DNA from: Bacillota bacterium
GTDB taxonomy: Bacteria > Bacillota > Clostridia > Acetivibrionales > DTU013
Reading direction: 5' to 3'
Length of the DNA: 64,000 bases
NCBI GenBank assembly: GCA_050261495.1
Contig: JBLNDI010000146.1
Span: forward strand, 1,357 to 65,356
Below the pieces are notes generated by a model that saw only the letters and a list, made by a program, of their open reading frames with translations, did not search any database and had not been told where the DNA came from. A program made the position numbers and the translations under genes. Of this stretch, positions 53,275 through 63,356 are shown in pieces (within the stretch, counting starts at the first letter, position 1; each line of letters starts with the position of its first letter).

Positions 53275-55233
53275 TTATACAATACGTTTAAATAATTTTT
53301 CCAGTTCATAACGGCCAAGCCTGAACAGTACCGGCCGCCCATGCGGACATGTATATGGATTTTCCAGTCCGCCCAGCCTTTCAAGAAGCGCTTCGATTTC
53401 CCTTTCATCGAGCTTCTTGTTAGCCTTGACTGCCGATCTGCACGCAATCCTGTACAATACTTCGTCGGCTATGACGCTTTTATCGGCGCTCTTGCCGTTC
53501 ATGGCAAAATCAAGCATCTGCATGAACAATTCCTTTATGTTTGCGCCATCTTCCATGTATGGCACGGAACGTATTATCAATGAATTCCTTCCGAAGCTTT
53601 CATAAGTGAAACCCAATTTTTCAAAAAACGGCGCTTCCTCCATTGCAAACCGGTACTCGCCGGCCGTGAGCTCAACATGCACGGCGTCAATCAGCACCTG
53701 GGAATAAACCTCGTTTTTTTCGTAAGCTTTTTTCAATTCCTCGTACCGTATGCGTTCATGCGCGGCATGCTGGTCCAAAAGGTAAATTTCATCGTTTCCT
53801 TCAATCAAAACATATGTATTAAACGCCTGGCCTATAATTTTCATTCCCCTCTTGAGTGAAAAACCGGCGCCGGATTCCGCCAGCAGCCCGGCTTCGTCGC
53901 AGTCGGGGGTTGCCTTGGCACATTTTCGCGAGCCTGACAGAATCAACCCGGTATTTATCCCGATTTTCTGCGGCACCACGTCTTTGTGCAGTATCATACC
54001 TTCGGATACTTTCCCGTCTCCCGGTATCGAGCCGCCTTCTGTTGCCGTCTCGTACACCTCGGCTATTCCGCCTCCCTCTGCTGTCTCACTTCCCGTGGCT
54101 GCCCCCCCTGCTGAAACTTCGCTGCTTCCCAGCAGCGTCGCGCCTCCCCGTACATCCCGGGCTCCGCGGGTTGCCCATGATGTGTGGGCTGCCCAGCCTT
54201 CATCGCTTTTCCATCGCTCCGGGACCGTTCTTATGCCGGACTGCAAAATCAGCGCATTGTTTACCGCGTGATATACCGCCCTGTAAATATCCTGCTCATT
54301 TGAAAACTTGACTTCCATTTTCGTAGGATGCACATTTACATCAACAGCAGCGGGATTTACCATGATATCGAGCAAAACAAAGGGATGCCTGTTCTTCATC
54401 AAAAACGTGGCATATGCCGCGTCTACTGCCGATGAAATAATCTTGTTCCTTATGTTTCTGCCGTTTACAAAAAACAACTGTCGATTCCTGTTAGAGCGCG
54501 CAATTTCTGCTTTCCCGGCAAAGCCCCGCACGCTTGCATATTCATCGCTGTAATTTACATCCAACAGGTTCCTGGACGTTTCCGAGCCGTAAATACAGAA
54601 TACCGCGCTTTTCAGATCACCGTTGCCGGGCGTGTGCATAATTGTTTCGCCATTGCTGGTAAGCCTGAAGGAAATATCCGGACGTCCAAGCGCTATCCTG
54701 CTTAAAACATCCGCGACCTGGTTTGCCTCTATTGAGTCTTTTTTAAGAAATTTATATCTCGCCGGCGTATTATAAAACAGCTCACGGACCGTTATCGACG
54801 TCCCGACAGGACAACCGGCAGGCTTTTTTTCAATAATGCGCCCGCCTTTTATTTCCACGGATGTTCCCTGGACCGAATTTGCTGTTCTTGTCAGCATCAA
54901 AACGGAGGATACGGCGGAAATGCTTGCAAGCGCTTCTCCCCTGAATCCCATGGTTGTGATGTTTTCCAGGTCTTCCGGCTTTCTTATCTTGCTCGTGGCG
55001 TGCCTTTCAAAAGATAGTTCCGCGTCATCTTCCTCGATGCCGCTGCCGTTGTCTGTAACACGGATAAATTTAATCCCGCCTCCGCGGATTTCGACGGAAA
55101 TAATTGTAGCCCCGGCGTCGATGGAGTTCTCAACCAGTTCTTTTACAACCGATGCAGGCCTTTCAATCACTTCGCCGGCTGCTATCTTATTGGAGGTGTT
55201 TTCATCAAGTATGATTATTTTTCCCATGATCAA
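53275..55233 (-). CDS. mutL: DNA mismatch repair protein MutL
   Basis: LDENTSNKIAAGEVIERPASVVKELVENSIDAG GHKL ATPase N-terminus, an internal Gly/Ala-rich linker, and a MutL C-terminal dimerisation domain. Confidence 0.95.
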   Translation of the reverse strand: MIMGKIIILDENTSNKIAAGEVIERPASVVKELVENSIDAGATIISVEIRGGGIKFIRVTDNGSGIEEDDAELSFERHATSKIRKPEDLENITTMGFRGEALASISAVSSVLMLTRTANSVQGTSVEIKGGRIIEKKPAGCPVGTSITVRELFYNTPARYKFLKKDSIEANQVADVLSRIALGRPDISFRLTSNGETIMHTPGNGDLKSAVFCIYGSETSRNLLDVNYSDEYASVRGFAGKAEIARSNRNRQLFFVNGRNIRNKIISSAVDAAYATFLMKNRHPFVLLDIMVNPAAVDVNVHPTKMEVKFSNEQDIYRAVYHAVNNALILQSGIRTVPERWKSDEGWAAHTSWATRGARDVRGGATLLGSSEVSAGGAATGSETAEGGGIAEVYETATEGGSIPGDGKVSEGMILHKDVVPQKIGINTGLILSGSRKCAKATPDCDEAGLLAESGAGFSLKRGMKIIGQAFNTYVLIEGNDEIYLLDQHAAHERIRYEELKKAYEKNEVYSQVLIDAVHVELTAGEYRFAMEEAPFFEKLGFTYESFGRNSLIIRSVPYMEDGANIKELFMQMLDFAMNGKSADKSVIADEVLYRIACRSAVKANKKLDEREIEALLERLGGLENPYTCPHGRPVLFRLGRYELEKLFKRIV

Positions 55234-57845
55234 CCCTTCCTGGCTTTTTGCTGCAGCCTGTACAATGTGTTCATGGCATCTATAGGCGTTATGTTTGAGA
55301 TGTCAAAGGATTTCAGTTCTTCCAGCACTTCCTTGCCAATTTTATCTTCACTGCCGTTGGCAATGAAAAACTCGATCTGGCCTTCAATCGGCAGCTTGCT
55401 GCGGCGGACTTTCTTCTTGCTGATATCGGCTGCCTCCAGTTCCTTCAGCAGTTCCTTGGCCCTGTCAATGACGATCTGCGGAACGCCGGCCAGTTTTGCG
55501 ACCTGTATTCCGTAGCTTCCGTCTGCTCCTCCCCGGATTATTTTTCTCAGGAAAATTATATCGTCCCCTTTTTCTTTTACCGCTATGCAGTAATTTTTTA
55601 TTCCCGGAAGCTTGCCTTCCAGTTCGGTCAATTCGTGGTAATGCGTCGCAAAAAGCGTCCTGCTTCCTACTTTTTCCTTGTCGGAAATGTACTCTATCAC
55701 CGACCAGGCTATACTGAGGCCGTCAAAAGTACTCGTTCCCCTGCCGATTTCATCCAGCACAAGCAAGCTTCTCCGGGTCGCGTTTTCCAATATGTTCGCG
55801 ACTTCCGACATTTCTACCATGAATGTGCTCTGACCCGCCGCGAGGTCGTCCGATGCGCCTACTCTCGTGAATATCCTGTCCGCAACGCCTATCACCGCGG
55901 AATCGGCAGGCACAAAACTCCCTATCTGGGCCATTATTACAATCAAAGCAACCTGCCTCATATATGTCGATTTGCCTGCCATATTGGGCCCGGTAATAAT
56001 GGAGAGCCTGTTGTCTTCCATGTCAATATACGTGTCGTTCGGAACGAAAGCCCCCTGTTCCAGCATTTTCTCAACCACGGGATGCCTTCCGGCCTTTATG
56101 TCTATGACGCCGTCATTATTCACTTCAGGTTTGCAATAGTTTTCCCTGTCTGCAACTTCTGCAAGCGTGCACAGCACATCCAGCTCGGATATGCACGCGG
56201 CTGTTTTTTTAATCCTTTCGGCCTGTAAAGCGATTTTTTCCCTTATCTCGGCAAATAACCCGTATTCAAGCTCTACTACCTTGCTTTCGGCGCCCAGGAT
56301 GGTTTCCTCCATCTCTTTAAGCTCCTGCGTCACGTACCTTTCGCAATTGGCCAGCGTCTGTTTTCTTATGTATTCCGGCGGGACCAGGTGGTAGTATGAT
56401 TTCGTAACCTCAAGGTAATAGCCGAATACTTTTGTATAGCCTACTTTCAGGTTTTTGATTCCTGTTTTTTCCCTTTCGGAAGCCTCCAGCGACAGGATCC
56501 ACTCTTTTCCCCCCGCGGCTGCTTTCCTGAGCCTGTCCACTTCCTCGCTGAATCCTTCCCTGATAATTCCGCCTTCCTTTACGGATAAGGGCGGGTCGTC
56601 AACAATTGAGCGCCCGATAAGGTCAGTTATGTCCTCCAGGCTTTCCATCATTTCATTATTCTTAACGGCAAGGCATGAACTGCACGCCGACAGCATCTCT
56701 TTTATGTACGGAACCTGCAGGAGCGAATTTTTCAATGCGACAAGGTCCCTGCAGTTGGCGCTGCCCATTACCACTCTTCCTGCCAGTCTCTCAATATCAT
56801 ATACTCTTTTGAGCAATTCCCGCAGTTCCATCCGTACCATGAACCTGTCCTTGAATTCGGCAACCGCCTCAAGCCGCTCCTCTATGTCCCCGGTATTCAC
56901 CAGCGGCTGTTCCAGCCACCTTCTGAGGGTTCTTGCGCCCATGGAGGTAACAGTCCTGTCAAGCACCCATAATAGCGTGCCTTTTTTCAGCTTGTCCCGG
57001 ATGGTTTCAGTCAATTCAAGGTTTCTCCTCGTGGATGCGTCAAGCGTCATGTATTCTTCAATCCGGTATACGTTGATGTTTCGAATGTTATCAAGGCTGG
57101 ATTTCTGCGTTTGCTCGAGGTAATGAAAAAGCGCCCCGCACGCATTCAGGCTTAATTCCGCCTGATCGTCGGGCAGAGGCGCCGGGCCGAATCTCCTGGA
57201 GAGTATTTCCGCCGCGTAATTGTCGCTGAAGTATTGGTCGTCAATCAAGGTAAAAAACGCGTTGAACCGCGTCTTCAACCGTTCCATGAACGCGGTGTTC
57301 CCGTAAAGCGCATTGTTTGCGATAATTTCGGCGGGAGAGTATTTTGCAATCTCATCCTGAATCTTGTCAAAAGTATTACCCCAGGTTATCCTGGTAGTCG
57401 AAAAATCCCCTGTGGAAACATCCACAACTGCAAAACCGCACATGAAGCCTTTCAGGTATATCGATACAAGAAAGTTGTTCTTCTTCTCGTCAAGCATGGA
57501 TGTTTCGGTTACCGTGCCGGGAGTGACAACCCTTACAACCTCCCTTTTTACCAGCCCCTTGGCCAGCGCCGGGTCCTCAACCTGTTCGCATATGGCCACC
57601 TTGTATCCTTTTGATATGAGCTTTGCAATATATCCGTCAACCGAATGGTAAGGCACCCCGCACATCGGGGCCCTTTCATCAAGCCCGCAATCACGGCCGG
57701 TCAGCGCAATCTCCAGTTCCCTGGACGCCAGGACCGCGTCGTCGAAAAACATCTCGTAAAAATCGCCCAACCTGAACATGAGTATGCAATCCCTGTATTG
57801 TTCTTTTGTATCCAGGTATTGCTGCATCATTGGCGTGACAGGCAT
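55230..57845 (-). CDS. mutS: DNA mismatch repair protein MutS
   Basis: TPMMQQYL...FRLGDFYEMFFDDA mismatch-binding motif and GPNMAGKSTYMRQ Walker A. The stop overlaps the mutL start. Confidence 0.96.
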   Translation of the reverse strand: MPVTPMMQQYLDTKEQYRDCILMFRLGDFYEMFFDDAVLASRELEIALTGRDCGLDERAPMCGVPYHSVDGYIAKLISKGYKVAICEQVEDPALAKGLVKREVVRVVTPGTVTETSMLDEKKNNFLVSIYLKGFMCGFAVVDVSTGDFSTTRITWGNTFDKIQDEIAKYSPAEIIANNALYGNTAFMERLKTRFNAFFTLIDDQYFSDNYAAEILSRRFGPAPLPDDQAELSLNACGALFHYLEQTQKSSLDNIRNINVYRIEEYMTLDASTRRNLELTETIRDKLKKGTLLWVLDRTVTSMGARTLRRWLEQPLVNTGDIEERLEAVAEFKDRFMVRMELRELLKRVYDIERLAGRVVMGSANCRDLVALKNSLLQVPYIKEMLSACSSCLAVKNNEMMESLEDITDLIGRSIVDDPPLSVKEGGIIREGFSEEVDRLRKAAAGGKEWILSLEASEREKTGIKNLKVGYTKVFGYYLEVTKSYYHLVPPEYIRKQTLANCERYVTQELKEMEETILGAESKVVELEYGLFAEIREKIALQAERIKKTAACISELDVLCTLAEVADRENYCKPEVNNDGVIDIKAGRHPVVEKMLEQGAFVPNDTYIDMEDNRLSIITGPNMAGKSTYMRQVALIVIMAQIGSFVPADSAVIGVADRIFTRVGASDDLAAGQSTFMVEMSEVANILENATRRSLLVLDEIGRGTSTFDGLSIAWSVIEYISDKEKVGSRTLFATHYHELTELEGKLPGIKNYCIAVKEKGDDIIFLRKIIRGGADGSYGIQVAKLAGVPQIVIDRAKELLKELEAADISKKKVRRSKLPIEGQIEFFIANGSEDKIGKEVLEELKSFDISNITPIDAMNTLYRLQQKARKG

Positions 57846-57931
57846 AATTCAAAGACCTCACTTGAAAATTTATATCTATATCATAATCCTGTATCTATTT
57901 CGCAAGCTTGCAAGCAGCTTTATTCCGGATT

Positions 57932-59341
57932 TCAGACCGGTTCGCCATCCAGCGACCACGTGCCGGTACCGGTTATTTTCACGTTTGCAAGTCTTCCCGT
58001 CATTTCGGGATTTCCCTTGAAGTTTACAATCTTGTTTGTCCTCGTCCGTCCCGTCAGCACGTTTATATTGTTCTTGCTCGGCCCCTCGACCAGCACTTCC
58101 AGGACTTTGCCTGCAAGCCTTTCATTAATTTCCCTGCCGATTTCGTTTTGTATGGAAACGAGAGCGTCGAAGCGCGCTTTTTTTACTTCCTCGCTGACTT
58201 CCCAGCCCTTTTCCGCGGCAGGAGTACCCATTCGCTTTGAATAAAGGAACGTGTATACAAAATCGAATTTTACCCTTTCAACAAGGTCCAGCGTATCTTC
58301 AAAATCTTTATCGGTTTCTCCCGGGTAACCGACAATTATATCGGTCGTAATGGAAATATCCGGTACGTGTTCCCTTATCCGGTTCACAAGGGCGAAATAG
58401 TGTTCCCTTGTATACTTCCGGTTCATATCTTTCAATACTGCGTTGCTTCCGGCTTGCACTGGCAGGTGCAGGTGTTCGCACACCTTGCCGCAATCACGCA
58501 TTGCAAGTATCAATTCGTCCGAAAGGTCCTTCGGGTGCGAAGTCATGAAGCGGATCCGTTCAATACCGTCCACCTCGTTCAGTCTTCTCAGGAGCCCGGC
58601 AAAGCTGATCTTTTCCGCCAGGTCTTTACCGTATGAATTTACGTTCTGCCCTAACAGCGTAATCTCCTTGTAACCCTGGCGCCCGAGCATCCTGGCCTCA
58701 TTAATGATGTCTTCGGGCTTCCTGCTTCTTTCGCGCCCCCTGACATACGGCACAATGCAGTAGGAGCAAAAATTATTGCATCCGTAAATTATTGTTATCC
58801 ATGCCTTAACGCCGTGCTCGCGTCTTATCGGCATCCCTTCGGCAATATGCCCGTCCCCGGCGGATACATCGACGACGGGGGCTTCGGAGTTCAGGGCCTT
58901 GTAAAGCAATTCAGGAAACCTGTACAGGTTGAATGTTCCGAATACCAGGTCAACATGCCTGTATTTTTCCAGGATATGATTCACGACCCTGTCTTGCTGC
59001 GCCATGCAGCCGCAAACAGCGATTATTGCATCAGGTTTCCGGTTTTTCAGCGCCTTTAGCGAGCCGAGATGGCCATAAACCTTGAGTTCTGCGTTTTCTC
59101 TCACGCAGCAGGTATTATATATAACCAGGTCGCTTTCCCCGAGCCTGTCCGCCCGTGCGTACCCCATTGCCTCAAGCATACCTGCCAGCTTTTCCGAGTC
59201 GTTTTCATTCATCTGGCAGCCATAGGTACGTATTGAATATCTCTTGTTCAATCCCGGCTCCCGTTCCCGGACCAGGCGCATAAATGCTTCCTGCCTGGTG
59301 GTTTCTTCTTCGTTGACTATAGCCTCATTCCTTGTGTCCAA
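57932..59341 (-). CDS. miaB: tRNA-2-methylthio-N6-dimethylallyladenosine synthase MiaB
   Basis: UPF0004 N-terminal Cys residues, the radical SAM motif [11 protein letters not shown], and a C-terminal TRAM domain. Confidence 0.94.
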   Translation of the reverse strand: MDTRNEAIVNEEETTRQEAFMRLVREREPGLNKRYSIRTYGCQMNENDSEKLAGMLEAMGYARADRLGESDLVIYNTCCVRENAELKVYGHLGSLKALKNRKPDAIIAVCGCMAQQDRVVNHILEKYRHVDLVFGTFNLYRFPELLYKALNSEAPVVDVSAGDGHIAEGMPIRREHGVKAWITIIYGCNNFCSYCIVPYVRGRERSRKPEDIINEARMLGRQGYKEITLLGQNVNSYGKDLAEKISFAGLLRRLNEVDGIERIRFMTSHPKDLSDELILAMRDCGKVCEHLHLPVQAGSNAVLKDMNRKYTREHYFALVNRIREHVPDISITTDIIVGYPGETDKDFEDTLDLVERVKFDFVYTFLYSKRMGTPAAEKGWEVSEEVKKARFDALVSIQNEIGREINERLAGKVLEVLVEGPSKNNINVLTGRTRTNKIVNFKGNPEMTGRLANVKITGTGTWSLDGEPV

Positions 59342-59447
59342 AAGCTGTATTCCTCCATAAACAATTAAGCGCCGGACGCTGGACTACAACCCGGATCCAC
59401 GCGTCTTACCGGGGCAATGCCAGTATCCGGCTTCTGGTTTATTCTCT

Positions 59448-60812
59448 TCACCTATTATACCATTTGACCTTTAGCGCTTCAATTTTTTTATTGATCCCGT
59501 CCACGTCAACGGTATCAACCGGGTTGTCCGTCAATCCGTACTTTTTCTTCAACTCCAGTATTCTTTGCACGCTTTCATTTATTCTTGCCTCGGTTATGGA
59601 ACCTGCCGCAACTGCCGCTTTTACTGCCTCGACCGCTTCTTTTTGCTCCCGGTAGCCGTGGCATACCAAAATGATGTCGCAACCTGCAATTATCGATCTT
59701 ACGGCGGCATCGCCGATATTATAATTCTCTTCAATCGCGCCCATCGTCATGTCGTCTGTTATGACCAAGCCGTCAAATTGCATCTTGCCGCGCAATAACC
59801 CGGTAATTACGGCTTCCGAAAGTGTAGCGGGATATTCAGGGTCAATTTCCGTCAGTAAAATATGACCAACCATAACTACGTCGGCATTGTTAACGATAGC
59901 CTCTTTAAAAGGGACCAGTTCGAAATTCATCAGCCTGTCGAGGCTATGATTCACTTTTGGCAGTTCCTTGTGGGAATCGGCAACCGTATCGCCGTGTCCG
60001 GGAAAATGCTTGACCACCGGGATGACGCCTTCGCCGGATATGCCCTTCATTGCCTGTACGCCCAGTCTTGCGACAATGTCGGGGTCCTGGCCGTACGACC
60101 TGTCACCGATAACCGTATTCCGGGGATTGCTCCATATATCAAGAACAGGGGCAAAGTTCATATTAAAGCCGAAAGCTTTAATCATTTCGGCAATCAAAGA
60201 GCCCATTTCATACGCACAATTGATATCGCCCGTTTCACCGATCGAAAAAGCCGTGGGTAATTCCGCAAGCTCGCCGGGCATCCTGCTTACACTGCCTCCT
60301 TCCTCATCAACGGATATGAAAAGAGGCGCCCTCGCGGAAATCCGTCCGTTACCGGCATTATTCCCGGTACACCCGGCATTTATGGTTTTGATGGAGTTCA
60401 ACAAGCCAAGCAGTTGTTCCGGGCTGACAACATTGCGGCGGAACAGCACGACGCCGCCAACGTGCTTTTCACATATCATTTCTTTCAGCTTGACGTCCGG
60501 TTCGCTTCCATCAAAGCCAATTATAAACATCTGGCCTATTTTTTCTTCCAGGCTCATATTATTAATTGCGGCGCCGGTTAAATCCGCATCGCCGCCGGTT
60601 TGCCGCGGGTCAAGCCAATGTGCGTTATTCCGCCCGTTTTCTTTTTTACCCGGGTCACCTGGCGTTTCTTTAACAGCCGTGTTACTGTTTTCGGCATGCG
60701 TCGTTTTTTCAGAGCCGTCATCCCCTCCGGCGTAACCGCAGCAAGTGAATATACAAATAAAAGCTGCCAGTACGACAAGTGCTTTCCATGCTTTTTTAAG
60801 ACAACCGTTCAA
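59448..60812 (-). CDS. Glycoside hydrolase family 3 beta-N-acetylhexosaminidase (NagZ-like), secreted or lipoprotein-like
   Basis: EKIGQMFIIG, VKHFPGHGDT..DSH and GLVITDDM are GH3 N-terminal-domain motifs. I prefer the TTG start at 60812, preceded by AAGGAAG. The ORF track start at 60893 would overlap the upstream gene by 64 nt. Confidence 0.82.
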   Translation of the reverse strand: MNGCLKKAWKALVVLAAFICIFTCCGYAGGDDGSEKTTHAENSNTAVKETPGDPGKKENGRNNAHWLDPRQTGGDADLTGAAINNMSLEEKIGQMFIIGFDGSEPDVKLKEMICEKHVGGVVLFRRNVVSPEQLLGLLNSIKTINAGCTGNNAGNGRISARAPLFISVDEEGGSVSRMPGELAELPTAFSIGETGDINCAYEMGSLIAEMIKAFGFNMNFAPVLDIWSNPRNTVIGDRSYGQDPDIVARLGVQAMKGISGEGVIPVVKHFPGHGDTVADSHKELPKVNHSLDRLMNFELVPFKEAIVNNADVVMVGHILLTEIDPEYPATLSEAVITGLLRGKMQFDGLVITDDMTMGAIEENYNIGDAAVRSIIAGCDIILVCHGYREQKEAVEAVKAAVAAGSITEARINESVQRILELKKKYGLTDNPVDTVDVDGINKKIEALKVKWYNR

Positions 60813-60829
60813 TTTTATCCGTTCTTCCT

Positions 60830-61705
60830 TTATTCGTATATTCCCTTGCTGATGCAAAGCTTCGCCCTTTCCCTTGTTTTGGCATCGCCGCAAAGCGAGT
60901 TTTCAAGGAATTCAGGGTGCTCCTCAAGGAACTTCTTCATTGATTTGCGCGGGTCCCTGGCATAATCCAGCAGCATTTCATACTGGCCCTTATTTATAAG
61001 GCCTCTTTCGAGAGCTTTCCCGAAGAATTCCCTGTCAATGCACACCATGGTGAATGAACTGATATTATACCTTTCCAGTATTTCCTTGCCGCCCTGCAGC
61101 CTGTCGACGACAGCCACGCTATATGCAAGTTGCCCGCATATATTCTGTATGGCAGGTATCCATGCTCTTTCAAAGCTGGACGCCTCGGTTACAAGGTCGG
61201 TTATGTGCATCACCCTTGCGCCGCATATGGAATCGGCATGGTAAGTTTCACCATCCTCGGTGATCACGGCATCAAGGTCCTTAAAAATCGTGATGTGCGG
61301 TTTTTTCAGTTTTGATGCCACGATCAGCGAAAAGAACCAGTCGCGCCTCTCGCCGCCCGATATGTAGCCGACGCTGTCCAAGTCAACATTATTCTTTATA
61401 AATTCGAGCATGCTGTCTATAACGCCTTTATATATCTCGTCGGAATCATAATTATTTTCAACGATCGGCAGCAGGCTTCCGTGACAACCAAGCTTGTCCG
61501 CTTTTACCGCATCGATTTTTTCAAGCAGTTCAAGCGCTTTCCTTTCGCTCCCGTATAAAAAATGCGTATTCACGTAGTAAGGCCCGATTGTCCCTGATGT
61601 GTACCAGAAAGGCTTGCCCTCCGGGCAAACCTTGAATGCTCCTGTTTTGTACAACCAATCAACCAGCTTCCCGCCGGGCATGGCAATATTCCTCCCACCA
61701 CTCAT
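60830..61705 (-). CDS. Type-I phosphoribosyltransferase-like protein (orotate-PRT-like paralog), function unknown
   Basis: About 291 aa. VMHITDLVTEASSF resembles a degenerate PRPP-binding loop, and the N-terminal FKVCPEGKPFWYTSGTIGPYYVN resembles the OPRT hood region. Confidence 0.5.
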   Translation of the reverse strand: MSGGRNIAMPGGKLVDWLYKTGAFKVCPEGKPFWYTSGTIGPYYVNTHFLYGSERKALELLEKIDAVKADKLGCHGSLLPIVENNYDSDEIYKGVIDSMLEFIKNNVDLDSVGYISGGERRDWFFSLIVASKLKKPHITIFKDLDAVITEDGETYHADSICGARVMHITDLVTEASSFERAWIPAIQNICGQLAYSVAVVDRLQGGKEILERYNISSFTMVCIDREFFGKALERGLINKGQYEMLLDYARDPRKSMKKFLEEHPEFLENSLCGDAKTRERAKLCISKGIYE

Positions 61706-62388
61706 TTTAGTTTATTATTCTTCACTTTTTCCATAAATTCATACCACCAATCCTGGTTGACAATCGTTCCAAGATCGCTTCCCAGGTGCGATGCGTCACC
61801 CTCGACAACTGGGAAAAACCTGCCGTCCTCATAATCAATTATGGTTATCGCGGTATTGTCGCACCACGCTATATTAATCATCTCTTCAAGCGTACATTCC
61901 CTGAAACGGCAAAGCATTGCCCTTATTGCCGTTCCATGCGTGACAATCAGGATATTCTTTCCTTCATTCCGGCCAATAATCCACATTACTTCCTGCAGAA
62001 GCCTGTTCTGAAACTCTTCCATTGATTCGCCGTTCGGCATCCTGTGTTCGTACGGACGGTTTTCCCAGATTTCGTATTCTTCAGGCCACCGTTTTTGCAA
62101 TTCATCCCACGGGACATCCTCCCAATCCCCGCCGTTTATTTCCTTCAGGCGGTCCGAGGCAATTACCGGGAGATTCAATGCTTCCGATATATAGGAAGCT
62201 GTCTGAATTGTTCTCTTCAGGCTGCTGGAATAAATAACGTCAATGTTCATTGACTTTAACCGTTCAGCCACACGCTTTGCCTGGAGATGTCCTTTCTCGG
62301 TAATGCCGGAATCAGTCCATCCGTGGAACCTCCTGTTTTTATTTCCTTCCGCCTCCGCATGACGTACAAAAATAAGCCTGGTTTTCAT
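61702..62388 (-). CDS. Histidine-phosphatase-family protein (phosphoglycerate-mutase / CobC-like)
   Basis: LIFVRHAEAEGN (RHG motif) plus a downstream TH(G) motif in IVTHGTAIR. Confidence 0.82.
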   Translation of the reverse strand: MKTRLIFVRHAEAEGNKNRRFHGWTDSGITEKGHLQAKRVAERLKSMNIDVIYSSSLKRTIQTASYISEALNLPVIASDRLKEINGGDWEDVPWDELQKRWPEEYEIWENRPYEHRMPNGESMEEFQNRLLQEVMWIIGRNEGKNILIVTHGTAIRAMLCRFRECTLEEMINIAWCDNTAITIIDYEDGRFFPVVEGDASHLGSDLGTIVNQDWWYEFMEKVKNNKLK

Positions 62389-62413
62389 CTTTACTACCTT
62401 TCTGTTGCTGCGA

Positions 62414-63337
62414 TTATTCGTTCAGTTCAAGTTTGCCGGTCAAATCGGCAATCCGACTCATCTTATTTTTTATCATGTATTCCTTTATACCATCGATTAC
62501 CCTTATGAAAACATCAGGATAAACCAGCCCTGCCGTTCCGACCATTACTGCGGAAGCGCCCGCAAGCATGAACTCAACCGCGTCGCTGCCGCTTGATATT
62601 CCGCCCATGCCGATTATGGGTATTTTAACCGCCTGGGCTGCCTCGTAAACCATGCGCACCGCTATCGGTTTTATCGCAGGACCGGATAATCCTCCCGTGT
62701 TGTTCGCAAGAACAGGCCGTCTTTTTTCAATATCGATTGCCATGCCAAGCAGCGTATTGATCAAGGATAATGCGTCCGCGCCCGATTCTTCCGCTGCAGC
62801 GGCGATTTCAGCGATGCTTGCGACATTTGGCGTCATCTTAACTATCAATGGTTTCTTGCAGAGCTTTCTTACTTTTGAAGTAATCTCCGCGATTCCTGAA
62901 GGAGTATTTCCAAAAGAAATACCGCCGGCTTTGACGTTCGGGCAGGATACATTCAGCTCTATAGCGTCAATATCGGCGTCCGACAATATACTGGCCATCT
63001 CGCAATACTCTTCCATGGTATTGCCTGCTATGTTCGCAATTATTGCCGTGGAAAATGTGCGCAAAAAAGGTATTTCATCTTCAATGAAAGACTTGACTCC
63101 CGGATTCTCAAGCCCTATACTGTTTAGCATTCCGGCCGGAGTTTCGGCTATCCTCGGGGGCTTGTTGCCCTTCCTTGGCATCAGCGTCAGACCTTTAACG
63201 CTAATGCCGCCTAATTTATTCAAATCAATAAACAAGGAATGCTCCCTGCCGAAACCGAATGTCCCTGACGCGGCTATAACCGGGTTTTTCAGCTTCAGTC
63301 CGCTTATATCCACCGATAAATCCACCATTTTGCCCAA
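62414..63337 (-). CDS. pyrD: Dihydroorotate dehydrogenase 1B, catalytic subunit
   Basis: LKNPVIAASGTFGFG, NVSCPN and GGLSGPAIKP are class 1B PyrD motifs. Confidence 0.94.
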   Translation of the reverse strand: MGKMVDLSVDISGLKLKNPVIAASGTFGFGREHSLFIDLNKLGGISVKGLTLMPRKGNKPPRIAETPAGMLNSIGLENPGVKSFIEDEIPFLRTFSTAIIANIAGNTMEEYCEMASILSDADIDAIELNVSCPNVKAGGISFGNTPSGIAEITSKVRKLCKKPLIVKMTPNVASIAEIAAAAEESGADALSLINTLLGMAIDIEKRRPVLANNTGGLSGPAIKPIAVRMVYEAAQAVKIPIIGMGGISSGSDAVEFMLAGASAVMVGTAGLVYPDVFIRVIDGIKEYMIKNKMSRIADLTGKLELNE

Positions 63338-63356
63338 TGCCTCCGGTGCTTGTTAT

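Noticed and set aside
59968-60735. A 255-aa plus-strand ORF antisense to the GH3 gene. Similar long antisense ORFs lie in mutS, mutL, thiI and the ABC ATPase gene.
   Set aside because: All of them overlap confidently called genes and lack start-site signals. They are a consequence of codon bias.
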